A DNA stretch of 63,860 nucleotides, filler included, from 5 parts of 5 records of this genome joined end to end with filler, not necessarily neighbours in it; one strand, 5' to 3'; shown: positions 10,329 to 24,006, counted from the first letter of the whole stretch. Numbers and translations: made by a program. Notes: a model not told the origin generated them from the sequence alone.

Positions 10329-11018
10329 ATGAAAATAATCGCAGTTAACGCTGGTAGTTCATCATTGAAATTCCAGTTATTAGAAATGCCAGAAGAAAAA
10401 GTTATTACATCTGGTTTAGTAGAACGTATTGGTCATGAAAACGCAGTATTTCAAATTAAAGTAAATGGAGAAAAGGTGACAGTAGAACAACCTATTCTTG
10501 ATCACAAAGTTGCTGTTGATCTGTTGCTAGAAGGTTTAATCAAATACAACATCATTGCATCACTTGATGAAGTTGAAGGTGTTGGACACCGTGTTGTTCA
10601 AGGTGGAGAAATCTTTAAATCATCAACAGTCATCACAGATGAAGTTGTTGAACAAATCGCAAGTCTTAATGATTTAGCACCGCTACATAATCCTGCAAAT
10701 ATAACAGGGATTAAATCATTTAGAACAGCATTACCAAATATTGTACAAGTTGCAGTATTTGATACATCATTTCATGAATCTATGGATGAGCTTGCATACC
10801 TTTATGCAACACCATATGAATGGTATGAAAAACATGGTGTAAGAAAATATGGTTTCCATGGTACATCACATCAATATGTATCAGAGAAAGCTTATGAAAA
10901 ATTAGGAAATAAAGATGCAAAAGTTATCGTATGTCATTTAGGTAATGGGGCATCACTTTGTGCAGTAGATGGTGGTAAATCAGTAGATACATCAATGGGA
11001 CTTACTCCACTTGAAGGT
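10329..11018 (+). CDS. ackA: Acetate kinase (3' end cut by contig end)
   Basis: [30 protein letters not shown] and [11 protein letters not shown] motifs. Confidence 0.95.
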
Positions 11019-11118
11019 NNNNNNNNNNNNNNNNNNNNNNNNNNNNNNNNNNNNNNNNNNNNTTAATTAATTAANNNNNNNNNNNNNNNNNNNNNNNNNN
11101 NNNNNNNNNNNNNNNNNN
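11019..11118. other. Artificial contig linker
   Basis: N-run, TTAATTAATTAA (stops in all six frames), N-run; 100 nt. Confidence 0.98.
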
Positions 11119-14100
11119 GTAGTGGTGGTGGTGGTGGTGGTGGTGGCGGGAGTCCCTTTCGGAACTTCTCACTCGATCTTCGTCGTCGGATCATCACAGC
11201 CTTCTTGCTCGCTTCCACCGCAGCCATAGCGGCTGCCGCCGCGGCCGCTGCGGCCGTTTGTGCGGCCCGAGACTGAGCACGTGGTCGAGATTCGGGTGGT
11301 TTCAACAACGCTTCCGAGTCTCTCGCAGCACGTCCCGATGCACGAAGCGTACCATACGTGCGCTTCTTGAGAGTATGACGAGAGAATCCACTCTTGGTAC
11401 GGTGCGCACTCTTCTTTGCAGTGCCGTCCGGATCCGTTTGGGTGGCAAGTTTCCATGCGATCAGTGCTGCCCCGCGACGGAACCACGTACCAGCCGGAGC
11501 AATACTCTTGAGAGGCACAGAAACCAACACATCCCGCCGTGTGTCATTGAGATACAAAGGAAACACAACGCCCGTGGGCTTTTCCCCTTCTACGGAGGGA
11601 TTGATCCAATGAAGGACACACGACGGGAGGGCGGTCGTTAACTCATACGTCTCCACAAGACCGGCCGACCATCCAGCGCCTTCCAACGACAGACCTTCCA
11701 GGACAAAACTACACTCCGAGTCGGATCCTTCTCCTCCAATTTCCAGTACAGGCTCCAACATCTCCAAGGGCCATCCTTTCGCTTGAGCGACTGCTTGACG
11801 CGAGGCCGTGATAAAGGCTTGTGCTTTGAAAAGCCCTCCCAACCACACCTTCTTGTTCCTGTAGTCCGACTCGGCAGACAAGGTTGCGAGTTTGCGCACA
11901 CGATTGGAGAAATCATCTAGCCAGTCGCCCAGTGGGGTTGTGGGTGGAATCGGATACACCTGCCAGTCACACGGAATAAGACCCTTGGAAAGACTTCTCA
12001 TTAAGGAAGAGGTGTAGCTCGTGGGTTGGGAAGTTCCATCACACGCAAGAGCAACATCTCCCAGATCCATACGAATCTTTTCAAGCAGTCGAGCGCCTGT
12101 ACGCATCTCACGGACAAAGCAACGGAACAGGGGATCTTCCAACTTCTGTGGAGTGCTCTCGGGAAGCTCAAGACTCTCGGGAAGGTCTGTCAACCAATCA
12201 TCAACAAGAAGATCCAACTCTCGCATCCACTTGGGTCGAGTCACTCTGTCCTCAACACCTCCCTTTGACACATCTTCCAAAACTTCACCACCCTCTACAA
12301 CTTGTGCCTGTTGAAGTCGAGTAAGCATCTGGTGTCCTTGAAGGGTTAGAAGCATTCGCTCTGCGTTATCCGGCAATCCAAGCCAACTGGGGCTTTGGGC
12401 GTCGGGGATTTTGATATCCATTCCAGTACATCGTGGACATGGAAGGCGGACGGTCCACAGAGGACTGTCCCACCCTCCTGAGTCAAGAGGGGGGAATTCT
12501 GTCGACACCGCTCCTCGGTGAAGATCTCCTTCAGAAACGAGTCAAGGAATCGGGCGTCAAAGTCGTTGTCAATCTTTCCTCCATAAATCGATACGCCAAG
12601 AAGAGTACGGATTGACACCCAGGGCAGACAGGCGGTCTCCTTCCCACCTTGCCCTTTTGTGGCACGATCCACCCAGCACGAAAGCGTGTCAAGCGCGAAT
12701 CGGAAATCGGCATCGTTGAACTCGTACACCTTCGACCATCCCAGGGGAGCGTAGCGGAGACGATCTTGGATGACAGCATGGAACCATGCCAACAGGAAGA
12801 CCACTTGAGCATGTTGAATGGGTGGGCGTTCGATGCGGTCTGCAGGTGTTGCCGTGAACGCTTTCTCAAGTGATGACTTGAGACCCACAGGGGGTTCAAG
12901 GACAAGAATCGTAGAGCGCACGAGGAGGCCAACAGGAAGCCGAGGATGAATGTCCGAAGTGAGCAAAAGACGGAACCCCTCGTGGAACGCTTTCACATTC
13001 GTCGTTTGCTGTTGCAAGTCTTTCTCTAACTTTGCAATCCACTCGAGAGACATGTGTACATTTCGAAGCATCACCCAACCACCATTTCGCATTCCATGAG
13101 CAATAGCACGTTCCGCAGCAGCGATACTCTCCGAGGAACCCATGGCAAGAGAACAACAGGAACATTTCAACTCTGCGGCCACTTCGTCCACAAGCGAACC
13201 CGGGTCATTTCCAGGTGTGGAGCACAAGAGGACAGGGATATTGGGGGCAATCTCTTTGCTGACAATATCAACAAGTTGGTGGTGAGCCGGGGCCATTTGG
13301 AGAATTCCTTCCCCAAAGTACGTCTCAAGAAAACGTGTAGCTGTCGCTACAAGGCGATCAGGCCGAAGAGCTTTGACAACCAACAGATTCTGGAGTGCGC
13401 GGCCCGGCAGGGACAAGGGTTCACCGGTTTCGGTACGTTGCCACCCGCTCGGAATGCACGTTTCGGCATGGGAACTTTGCAGAAAACGACCCCATTCCAT
13501 GGCATGCCCGCCAATGTGCTTGGCAGTCTCGGCCAAGTGAGGCAGAGACAGAAGAAACTCGTTCATACGTTTCTCCTCTTCGGGAGTGAGCATACCCTCG
13601 GGGATACCGGACCTGGGCGGGGCCTTTGACGGCGATAATCCAACATGACCCTTGATGAGATAGGTCCACTCGTGTTCGTTTGCAGCACTCCCAAGACGAA
13701 TCTGTGCCAAACGAAGGGCCCACATGATACGATCTTCATAGCGAATACTCCGGGCAACACGCACAAAGACCGTTCGGAAGAGTGCACGTGTCAAGATATT
13801 CAGTCGTGCGTTTGCATCAGCCAGCCCATTCAGCTCAGGCGTTTTGTGAAGCACGTCACGGAAGAGAGAGAGGAAGAAATCCAGGGAGAAATGATACAGG
13901 AAATGGACTTCAGGTAACAGCCGTAGTGCAGTGTAGATTTGCGTCCCGTAGCAGGCGATCGGTTGGTACACTGCACTGACACGGGCCAGTTCTTCCATTA
14001 CAGCCTCCGAGTCCGCAATCTTGGATTGGATTTCTTGTGCTTCACTCTTAACTGTCTCCAGTGTGACCACCAGGTTGTTATCCTCCAGCAAATTCCCTTT

Positions 14101-17100
14101 GGACTCGCTGAGAACGGTGAGGAGTTGCTTCTCCAGGTTCCGTAGGCGGACCTTGAAGTCACCCTGCAACTTCAACAAGTTGCTTCTCTTCTCATCTACA
14201 TCAGGACGCTCAGCCTTGAGCACCTGGTGCAAACACTGAGCCTGAAGACTGCTTGCAGTGATGGTGAAGTTGACAAAGGACACGCGAGAACAGAGCGTGG
14301 GAGAGAATTTCGATGTTGGTTCACGGGTCGTGAGGAAGAGACGGAAGGCAGGGGAGAAGTCGATTTCCTTGTTGCCCAGACGGACAACATTACGGCCACC
14401 CGCTCGACAAACGTCTTTGTTGAGCACAGGATTCAGAATGGGATCGAAACTTTCAACATTCTCGATCAACAAGGAGCGTCCAAAACGCAAGGATTGTTCC
14501 AACAACTTGCGGAAGGATTCATCCGCAAAGCTGGTTTTTTGAATGCTTGCCTCTTTGTACTGTTGCACAAGGAATTCGGTGGCTTGTCCCGACGGATCAA
14601 TAACAAGAGGATAGCGAGTGAACCGCCGCAGCAGAATGGCATTCTCCACACAAAGATCATCTGCAGAGAGTCCATTTGCGTGCCAGGCGAGTCGATCATT
14701 GGGGGTGGAAAGATAGTCGACGAGACTCAGATGATCCATGACAGAAATCCCCACACCTGCAAAATGGCGTTTCCACTCGTCAACAAGTCGTTTTCGATAC
14801 ATCTCGTCAAAGAACCCAATATAGGAAAGAAACATGGACGCCAACAACACATCGCCCACAAGGGTCTCACTCTGTAGATCCATGTTCCCCATCTCTTCAA
14901 TCCAACGTTCTCGCTCGGAGGCCAGAGACTGGAGGAGTGCCATAGCTCGTTCCATTTTGGCTTTCACATCGTTCATCTCGTTCTTCGTTGCCTCAATTTC
15001 GGCTATCATGGACGCGTACTCGGTCTTGTACTGTTGAACACGGGCCTCCAGTTCCGGGATCACACCACTCTGCAACTCCTCTTTTCGTTCCTCCAGTGCA
15101 TTCACCTCACCCTCGAGCCGCTCCAACTCATCCCGTGCCGGTTGCAATTGGTTCAACAAACCACCGTACACGAATTGAGCCTTGACCCACGCCACCAGAG
15201 GCCCACAAGCGCGACTGGCCTTGTTAATCGTTTCGAAGTTGAAGTGAGGATTGGAAAGGAACTCTTTTCCAGTTTCTCTCGAAGTTTGGCATCCTTCCAC
15301 AAGTGTTCGGGATCAAAGTCCAAAATGTTGGGAATGAAATCGGGTTTCATCATGACCTTACGAATATCGTCCCACGAAGATGTTCCCTTTCCCATAACAA
15401 GGCAAACAGCTTCCAGGGCCATACGAACGGCCTCGGGAGGGCGTGCCAGAGACCGATACTCATCAATTTGTTTGCGATTGATCATTTCCACAGCTGCCTT
15501 GGCATCCGCCAACTGACGCTCTCCATCTGCCAGCCCCTCCTTCACTTGACGCGCTTGTGCACCTGCCACATTCGACTGACATTCCACTTCATGGGCAATG
15601 GCAATGGCCTCTTCCTTCGTGTGGGATGCTTCCTGCTCATTCTGAATGATCTCTTGAAGCTTGGCATTTGCCGCCGTACAACGAACTTCCAGCTGCGCCT
15701 CGGTACGTTTCAGTCCCTCTTCCAACGCGGTTACTTGGTGTTCCGTTTGCTGCAATTTCTCAAGACCCCTACTGATGTGACTGCGATCATCTTCCAGTTC
15801 GTCGTGTTTTTCTTGCATAACACTGATCAAGTGTTCGACCATATCCATATAATGACGTGGCGTTACGAAGATTGTAGCTCGATTTCGATCGCGTTGCAGG
15901 CGACAAAGGTCACGAACTGTCTTGTGCACATGCACCATGGAATTCACCACGGCATCCCGATACCTTGTAGACGATATCTATCAGAACAAAACAAGAGGAA
16001 GAAGGAGAAAGCGTACCCAAATTCTTCTCCACGAGCCACCCATGTTGGTGGTACATACTCCTCATGCCCAAAGTCCAATACGGCCGTCATCTCATAGCCC
16101 ACTTGGTACAGAACGACATCGGACCAGTCACCAACCCAGTCCACCACACAACGATTGAAGAGTGCCGGGGAGGTGGTAGCCGCCTGGGAGAAGTCGGTAC
16201 TGGTTGGATTCATTGTGAAGACAACATGAAGATTACGTTGAACTTCCTCCACGAAACGTGCGTACAGCTCCTCCTCCGTGTTGAGGATCAACCCTTCACG
16301 GAGAGCAGCTTCTCCACATTCGCGAATCAACGCACGGAAATCATCACCTTCAAACAGTCCAGGAACTTCTCCACTTGCCAACAGCGAGTTCATGGCCTCC
16401 AAGAAAGCCGAAGAAAGAACGTTGCCTTCGTCGAAGATGAACGTTAACCGTTCACCCCGTACGCCTGCACGCTTAACCACCCCACGCAAGTCCTCTTCAA
16501 AATCTTCCACTGTGTAATTCTTGTGTGTCTTGAGTTGGAAGACACTCTGATCGTTCATCCATGCCGTGAATTTGGTAAGAATCGTACGGCCACTCCCACT
16601 GATCCCCATGAGGAGACAGTGGCCAATCGGTTGCTTGACGATCCGATCCACACGAAGCAAGTGATCAAGGAATTGATTGTGAATCACAAGGGTTCCGCTG
16701 AACTCCTCCTCACAGAAGGTCTCTGCCTTGCCTTGTACGAAGTTGCGCAAGTCTTCAATGTCTACCGATTCATAGACCCCTGTAATCCAGGAAGAGAAGA
16801 GGATGGGACGACGCAGTGCATTGGCTGAGAGACCAGGGAAGTGTTTGGTAGCAATTGTGTCCAAGGTGCGGTCCGTCCACTCGCGCTCTTCTTCGGTGAC
16901 CAATCTGTCTTGGAACAATCGCAAACCCTCATAGGCCCACAGACGGATGAGGGTATCACGAGTGAGGTTGGACATTTGACGAATGGCCTCGAACCTAAGA
17001 ATCATACGAAACGGTTAGAGGCAACGAAGCCGAAACTCAAACGGGCAGACGTACATGGCACGCATCCAACGACTCAGTTCACGTGGAGAGTAGACATAGT

Positions 17101-20100
17101 GCGGTTGGACATCCAAGGTGAAACGTTCTTTGGATGCCTCGTACATCTCTACCATCGCAGCCGTTAGTCCTTTCGATTCGCCTTGAAGCCGTGGTTGGAG
17201 TTTCAACAACCCTCGAGACAGCGTTCCATAGATTTGATGCATGGAAGAAGTCCCCGGGTAGTCAACGAGAATCAACGGTGCATGACGTAGGAAACGATGG
17301 GAAAGAGGCACACGCCCTGGATAGGAAGGGGGATTACCCGCTCCCACAAACTGAATCCGTTCAAGTTGAACCCATGTGCGATCCAAGGTGCGCCAAAATC
17401 CACCTCGCTCAACCAATTGACGGACAAGGGCAATCACTCGTTGGGTGCCATATCTGTGTGTACGGAGTGGATTCAGCTTCCTCGTCCTCGTCCTCCTTTT
17501 GAGGAAATACGCACTTATCTGCTTCAGGAAGATTGATTTCGTCACAGAAGACAATCAACCACTTCTGAACCTGTGTGGGTTTGAGAACAAGGCCAGTCGA
17601 AGTCTTGATGTAGCAGCAGTATTGTTCAATCTTCTTCAGTAGTGTTTCTGGAGAGGTGCCGGATGAAAAGCTGAGATTCACCACCTGGTACTGAACACAC
17701 ACACACACACGTCAGTCAAATAAAACCTCCGTTTGGATGCACAACAAACCTCAGGGAAGGCGCGAAGAGTGGCATTAAGAGACATGGTCTTTCCTGAGCC
17801 CGGGGGCCCACAAAGCAGAAGCGGTCGATGCTCGGCCAGCCATGCCCGCATGACTTCCATGTGACGGACAGTGTCCACAGTGGGAATTACAAGGTCGGAA
17901 GACACGACTTGTTCGGGATCCACGTCGATGGACGGTACCTGTTCACTCCACAAAACCCATTCCCCCGTATCAATATTTACATGGTAGTCAATAAGTGGGG
18001 CCCTAGACGGATCGGGTGTGGGGATCGCATCGGTCAAACCACCCACGGTCTTGCCGTAGTCCTCACGATCCCCGAGAGACACAGAACCGGCAAAGCCCCA
18101 GAGGATAGCAAAAAGCAATCGTTTCAAGAGAAACCGGGCTTTGTGATCATGGGTCATGGGAAAACCGGGGTGTCCCACATTGTAGTCATAAATGTCTAGG
18201 ATGGCCTTGTTGACCAATGAGAAGAAGGCCGTGAGATGTTCCATGCGCGTGAAGTCCATCACATGTTCGTATTCTTCACCTGCGAGGCAAAGCGCACGTT
18301 GTACAATCCCCTCCTCATCAAAGTGTGCTTGGAGGATGTCGGCGCACTCTACCTGGAGCGCCACAAGTCCCTGTGTTTCGGCAACTTCTTCCTCTGGGAC
18401 CGTCCTTGCATCTTCCACACGAAGCGGAAGATTGTAAAGACGGTTGATATAGTACTGCAGGATCATGGTTGTGGAGATGATGTCCTCAGAGAACCATACC
18501 ATGCCACAGCGACTGACCGTCGCAGGGGTTGCATAGTTCAGGTCTTGTACCTCGAAGAGGATGCGAACGTTAGGTGGAATTCCAAGCCGCTCGCCGTTCG
18601 GCAGGGTTAGCACTTTGTTGTCGTCCAACACCGAGTTCAAATTCTCAACCCAAACCGAATCCACATCGCCATCAAACACGATCCAGTGCCGCTTCGTCAT
18701 CTCCCCGCGCACATTGTCGAGAATACGACGAAGAATCCCTGTGAACAGGCCATCAGTCCAGTCGCGTGTGACAGAATCCTGCATCCCAAAGCTGTGGCAC
18801 ATATGAGCAGAGGTAACAGAAGTAGTATGCACGTACAGTTCTTCTTTGCTAATGGACTTGGGATCCAGAACGTGCGTCTTCACTTCCACACCCTCCGCAC
18901 GGCCCATAGCCTCCGCAAGGACTTGCCACGCAGTTGTTTTCCCACTAGCCGAAGAACCAACGACCATAATTCCGTGCGCTAGCTGTTGCACTTGGTGAAG
19001 CTGAAGAATCTTCTCTACCCACACCTGCGTTGGCGGCTTGGGGTTAGGAGGGCGAACCCGCACACCACACACACACTCTCTCTCTGTATAGGGAACACAT
19101 ACTCCACCCGGAACCAAATGCCTCTCTGTGGCCACTGCCAACACTTGTTGGTGGAGGCGCTCCATACTGATCCGGTCGAATTCGGCGTCGGGGAAGACGT
19201 CTCGCACGAGTGAATACAGAAGGGGGACATCCTCGGCCACAAGTTTGGGAATCACTGTCTGACAGAAGGACATCACAAGAAGTCCTTGCTCCACAAGTGG
19301 ATCACTTGTTCCGTCTGAAGAGGTGTCCGCCAATTGATGGCGTTTCAGTTGTCCCGAGGAAGAGAGAACTGCTTTCAGGGCACGCAGGCCCCAGTCGTAG
19401 TGGGATTGGGAGGAGAGTTCCGACTCACACAACCCAAAGAGGGGAACGACTTTGCGTGCGAGCGCCTCGGCAGTTCGGAAGCCCTGGCAAAGAATCAGTC
19501 TACTGTGTGTGTGCGGTCTTTGAGGAACAGCATACCTGCGAGAATAACATAACCTCGGCAATCGTCTCGGAGTCGGGTCGAATCATGGCAAAGGGCCGGA
19601 AGAGATTCTTCAGATTATCGGGCAAGTTGCGTCGGCCTGCGTAGCCGGGATTCATTGTTACGAAGATTCCCATGTGTGGATTCAGCGGGACGGATCGTTC
19701 TAGGAGTTCGATTTCTTGTTGATGCCCCTGAAGGCCGAGTTGGATACTTCGAATTTGTTGGGAGACGGCCGACAACATGCGCTCCTCGAGACGATTGAAT
19801 TCATCGAAACAGCCCCACGCCCCTACTTGACACAGACCGACAAAGATACGCGCCATGGATTTGACCTAGTAAGCAGTGTGAGGAACGGAACACGAGGGCA
19901 CGAACAACTACATACGTCGAATGCCTCGTCACAATTGAAAACCAGGACGTATCGACCCAGTTGTCCCCCTAATTGTTTCACAGACTCGGTTTTGCCTGTC
20001 CCTGCAGGCCCATAGGGACTTCCTCCCATTCCCCCATGCAGTGCTTGGGCCATGGTAAGATAGAATCGATCGGTGAGGGATGTTTGCACGAGACGGTCTC

Positions 20101-21037
20101 CAACACCAAGATACTCGAATCCGTAGAAGAAGTCTGCGTTGGCCACAGAGACACGAAGACGGCGTAGTGGATCTCGTTCTCGCTCATTCCAGTAGAATCG
20201 CATGAAGAAGAGCCACTCAAAGTCCTCCGGAGAGGTGATGTTGTGGGCCATCAGCTGGCGAGCAATACCACGGAAGTGAACAGATTCCATGATAAGAAAT
20301 TCACATCTGGCCCGCACACGGGTCAGCACTTTGTCAGAAGGAAGGAAACGCCTACAAACGTACTTCTTTCGCAGAATAGGAGGTAAGTCCTGCAAGACCT
20401 GGTCAGCGAGAAGGTGCAGAAGGGTGTCGATGTTCTGAATGCAGCGGGATACACTGGCGCCATGTGTTCGCAAACACTGCTCAATCTCTTGTGTCCAGAA
20501 CACCTGATATGCCAACACCTGCATACCGCTTGGTGTCATTGCCTTGCACAGACAGATTCACGCTCATGATATCCACAACGCACCACAAGTTGTGCAGGGA
20601 ACTCGTCCATCCAGGCAACCAGTGGGTCGGCGCTCCATTTGCCAACGGCTAGTACCCCTAGCTTCCTTATTGCCGCGTTCAGTGTATCAACAAGTGTGTA
20701 TTGCATCTGATCTTGAACCTTGAAGATGATTGGGGTGTCACTTGCTCGTCGTGCCCCATTCACACTCTCACACACCTTTGTGAGCCATTTGATCACTCCT
20801 GGCGTCTCCGCAATGGAAATGGGAGTCGTAAAGGGAACAACCTCTCCCTCCTTGGAAACCATACGCTGAAGCGTAACACCATCCGGATGGACATCTAGCG
20901 CAGCAAGACCAGCAAACATCTTCTTGAAGTGTTTGGCAACCCTGGTAGGCTCGTTGCCATTGGCAATGATCTCAAGCAGATCTTCGTCTCCGACGAAATA
21001 AAAGCGGGGAAACGCAGATCTCTGTTTCTCGAGATAT
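11119..21037 (-). CDS. Eukaryotic cytoplasmic dynein heavy chain (partial, spliced, two 1-nt frameshifts)
   Basis: Collinear motifs [19 protein letters not shown]1 [40 protein letters not shown]3 [16 protein letters not shown], stalk coiled coils, [21 protein letters not shown] and C-terminal RGAAL; removing the introns joins the reading frames. Confidence 0.95.
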
Positions 21038-21092
21038 CTATTCGACGCAACAGAATGGATTGGTTTCCACACACACACACACACACACACAC
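15964..21092 (-). other. Eleven short spliceosomal GT-AG introns plus one partial intron
   Basis: Introns at 20719-20775, 20519-20583, 20307-20363, 19866-19915, 19484-19535, 19025-19102, 18792-18836, 17691-17749, 17454-17514, 16995-17054 and 15964-16016 (45-78 nt), partial at 21038-21092; each length matches the frame offset between the flanking dynein ORFs. Confidence 0.85.
21068..21092. repeat. (CA)n microsatellite inside a dynein intron at the contig end
   Basis: About 12 CA units running into the linker. Confidence 0.9.
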
Positions 21093-21192
21093 NNNNNNNN
21101 NNNNNNNNNNNNNNNNNNNNNNNNNNNNNNNNNNNNTTAATTAATTAANNNNNNNNNNNNNNNNNNNNNNNNNNNNNNNNNNNNNNNNNNNN
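21093..21192. other. Artificial contig linker
   Basis: N/TTAATTAATTAA/N. Confidence 0.98.
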
Positions 21193-22640
21193 AAAAAGAT
21201 GCAGAACTTTTGAAATCTATTGGCAATGCAGTTAGAACATCGCACTATCCTCAATCAAAACACTTCATTGATGCATGTGATAGGTTAGGCTTACTTGTTT
21301 TTATGGAAGCACCAGGCTGGCAATATGTAGGTGATAATCAGTGGAAAGAAAGTTATAAACAGCAAATGATAGAAATGATTAAGTATTATAAAAATCATCC
21401 GTCTATTATTTTGTGGGGTGTTAGGGTCAATGAGTCTGGTGATGATCATGAACTATATGACCAAACCAATAGATTATCTAAAATGTTTGATGAAAGACAA
21501 ACTGGTGGTGTAAGATGTTTTAGTTTTAGTGAACCACTTGAAGATGTTTATACGTATAATGATTTCTTTCATAATGGTATGAATTACTATTTAAAAGATA
21601 TCGATGAAGTCATTGATCATGACAAACCATATTTAATTACTGAATATAATGGTCACATGTTTCCAACAAAATCATTTGACTCACCCATTAGGTTAATAGA
21701 ACATGCGATGAGACATGCTCACATATTGAACGCTGTGCTAGGAAATGATAGAATTTCAGGTTCTTTCGGTTGGAATATGATTGACTATTATACACACCAG
21801 GAATTTGGCAGTGACGATCATATTTGTTATCATGGTATCTATGATCAATTTAGATTGCCAAAACCAGCTGCGAAATTTTATGAATCGCAATATGCAACTG
21901 AACCATACTTGGAAGTATTGCATAGTGTTAATATTGGTGATTTCGATCAAAGTTATATTGATAAAATTTATATTGCAAGTAACTGTGAGTATATTGAAGT
22001 TTATCAAAATACCCGTTATATTGGTAAATTTAAACCTCGATTTGATATGTTTCCGTATCTTAAACATCCATTATATATCTTAGAAGATTTATACGGTGAT
22101 GCTTATGAAAAACATGGATATGATAACGAAACTGCTAAAAAAGCAAAGGCTATTGCTCATGAAATTGCGCATAGAGGTGGTAAAGATAAAATCACTAAAT
22201 ATGACCATTTCGATCAAAAATTGCTTGATATAGGTTGGGATATGTATGGTAAATACGTAGCAAACTGGGGGTCTAAAATGTTTACTTATACTTTTGTGGG
22301 ACATTATGACAATCAAACAATCACTCAAAAAGTTGGTCCTTATTCATCATATGAATATGACATTAAATTAGATACAAATATTTTGCATCACGATAAAACT
22401 TATGATGCAACTAGAATTGTCATCAAAGCGATAGATGATCTAGGGCAATTGAAACCATATTGTTTTGATGCCATGACTATTGATACTGAAGGACCATTAG
22501 AAATTATTGGTGATAAAGTGTTTAGTTTGATTGGTGGTAAAAGAGCTGTTTGGATAAAATCAACAGGTATTGGAAGTGCCAAAGTTTTCATTTCAAACAA
22601 ACACAAAGAAGTTGTTTTAGATTTACAAATTAAAGGTTAA
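21193..22640 (+). CDS. Glycoside hydrolase family 2 (beta-galactosidase-like), 5' end missing
   Basis: VRTSHYPQS, WGVRVNES (acid/base) and ITEYNGHM (nucleophile) motifs. Confidence 0.9.
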
Positions 22641-22682
22641 AACTAAACAAAGATTTAGTTAACATAAAAAAAGGAGAAAAAA

Positions 22683-23918
22683 ATGAAAAAGAAAATTTTA
22701 TTATCATTGATGGTACTGTTTCTAACTGTGGGTTTATTCGCCTGCGAAAAAGAAGAAGAAGTACAAGAAAAAGATCAAGTTGAGTTAACTGTATGGGCTT
22801 CTGACTTAGATCAAGAAGTTACACAAACAATGTTAGACTCATTTGCACTTGAATATGCTGAAGAAGCAGATTTTACATTTACATTAGGTGCAGTATCTGA
22901 AGCAAATGCTAAGGATGAAGTGTTAACTGATATTGAAGCAGCTGCTGATGTGTTTGCTTTTGCAGATGATCAATTAAATGAATTATACACTGCTGGTGCA
23001 TTATTAGAAGTGCAAGAAAATACAAGCAATGTGATTTCAAGAAATGGTGGAAATGATGCTGGTGTTATTCAAGCAGCTACAATTAATAATAAATTATATG
23101 CTTACCCAATGTCAGCAGATAATGGATATTTCTTATACTATGATAGTTCTGTGTATTCTGAAACAGATGTAGAAACATTGGATGGTATTTTAGCGGCAGC
23201 TGAAGCTGATGGTTCTCAATTTACTATTCAAATAAATAATGCATGGTATTTATATTCATTTTTTCAAGGTGCAGGGTTAACACTAACATATAATGGTGAA
23301 TTAAATGCGACAGATTGGAATAGTGCTGTAGGTGTTAAGGTTGTAGAATCAATTATTGCTATGGCAGAACATCCTGGGTATATTAATGTTGATGATGCTG
23401 GATTTAAAACTGGATTAGCAAATGGTACAATTAGTGCAGGTGTAAATGGTACATGGAATGCACAAGATGCACAAGATGCATTTGGTGATCATTATGCAGC
23501 AACTAAATTACCTACATTTACTCTCGATGGTGAACAAACTCAAATGGCATCATTTGCTGGTTATAAATTAGTTGGTGTAAATGCAACGACCGATGAAGCA
23601 TATTGGTCAATGATGTTATCTGATTGGCTTACAAATGAAGCAAATCAAGTTTTACGTTTTAATGAAAGAGGTATTGGACCATCTAACGTAAATGCTGCTT
23701 CAAGTGATGATGTAGCAGCAAATCCTGCAATTTCAGCTTTATCACAACAAGCACCTTATTCAACAGTTCAATATATTGGTGATGCATTTTGGTCACCAGC
23801 AGAAACATTTGGTAATTTAATTGTTGATGGAACTTTAAGCTCATCTTCATTAGCAACAGCAATTAGTGATGCACTAGATATTTTAGCTGATGGTATAGAA
23901 GCTGCACCGGTAGAATAA
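22683..23918 (+). CDS. Sugar ABC transporter substrate-binding lipoprotein (malto/galacto-oligosaccharide type)
   Basis: Lipobox LFAC; ADVFAFADDQ, LYAYP and GVNGTW motifs. Confidence 0.88.
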   Translation: MKKKILLSLMVLFLTVGLFACEKEEEVQEKDQVELTVWASDLDQEVTQTMLDSFALEYAEEADFTFTLGAVSEANAKDEVLTDIEAAADVFAFADDQLNELYTAGALLEVQENTSNVISRNGGNDAGVIQAATINNKLYAYPMSADNGYFLYYDSSVYSETDVETLDGILAAAEADGSQFTIQINNAWYLYSFFQGAGLTLTYNGELNATDWNSAVGVKVVESIIAMAEHPGYINVDDAGFKTGLANGTISAGVNGTWNAQDAQDAFGDHYAATKLPTFTLDGEQTQMASFAGYKLVGVNATTDEAYWSMMLSDWLTNEANQVLRFNERGIGPSNVNAASSDDVAANPAISALSQQAPYSTVQYIGDAFWSPAETFGNLIVDGTLSSSSLATAISDALDILADGIEAAPVE

Positions 23919-24006
23919 CAATAAAAGAAGAAAAGATATTTAGATGTATAATGGGATTGTACAAGTTACAATCCCTATTCATCTTATTTTTTAAGGAGTT
24001 GACAGC

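Noticed and set aside
11019-11118. TTAATTAATTAA palindrome repeated four times in the window
   Set aside because: Always embedded in N-runs of fixed length; an artificial six-frame stop linker
12405-15270. Programmed frameshifts in dynein near 15266 and 12410
   Set aside because: Both are fixed by adding one base to an A4 run, with no obvious stimulatory structure; homopolymer under-calls are more likely, though reads are needed to confirm
11119-21092. Horizontal transfer of dynein into a bacterium
   Set aside because: Bounded by linkers, has spliceosomal introns and a different GC content; it is a separate eukaryotic contig
11169-21144. Many overlapping plus-strand and alternate-frame ORFs in the dynein contig
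   Set aside because: Shadow ORFs of a GC-rich coding strand with no recognisable motifs
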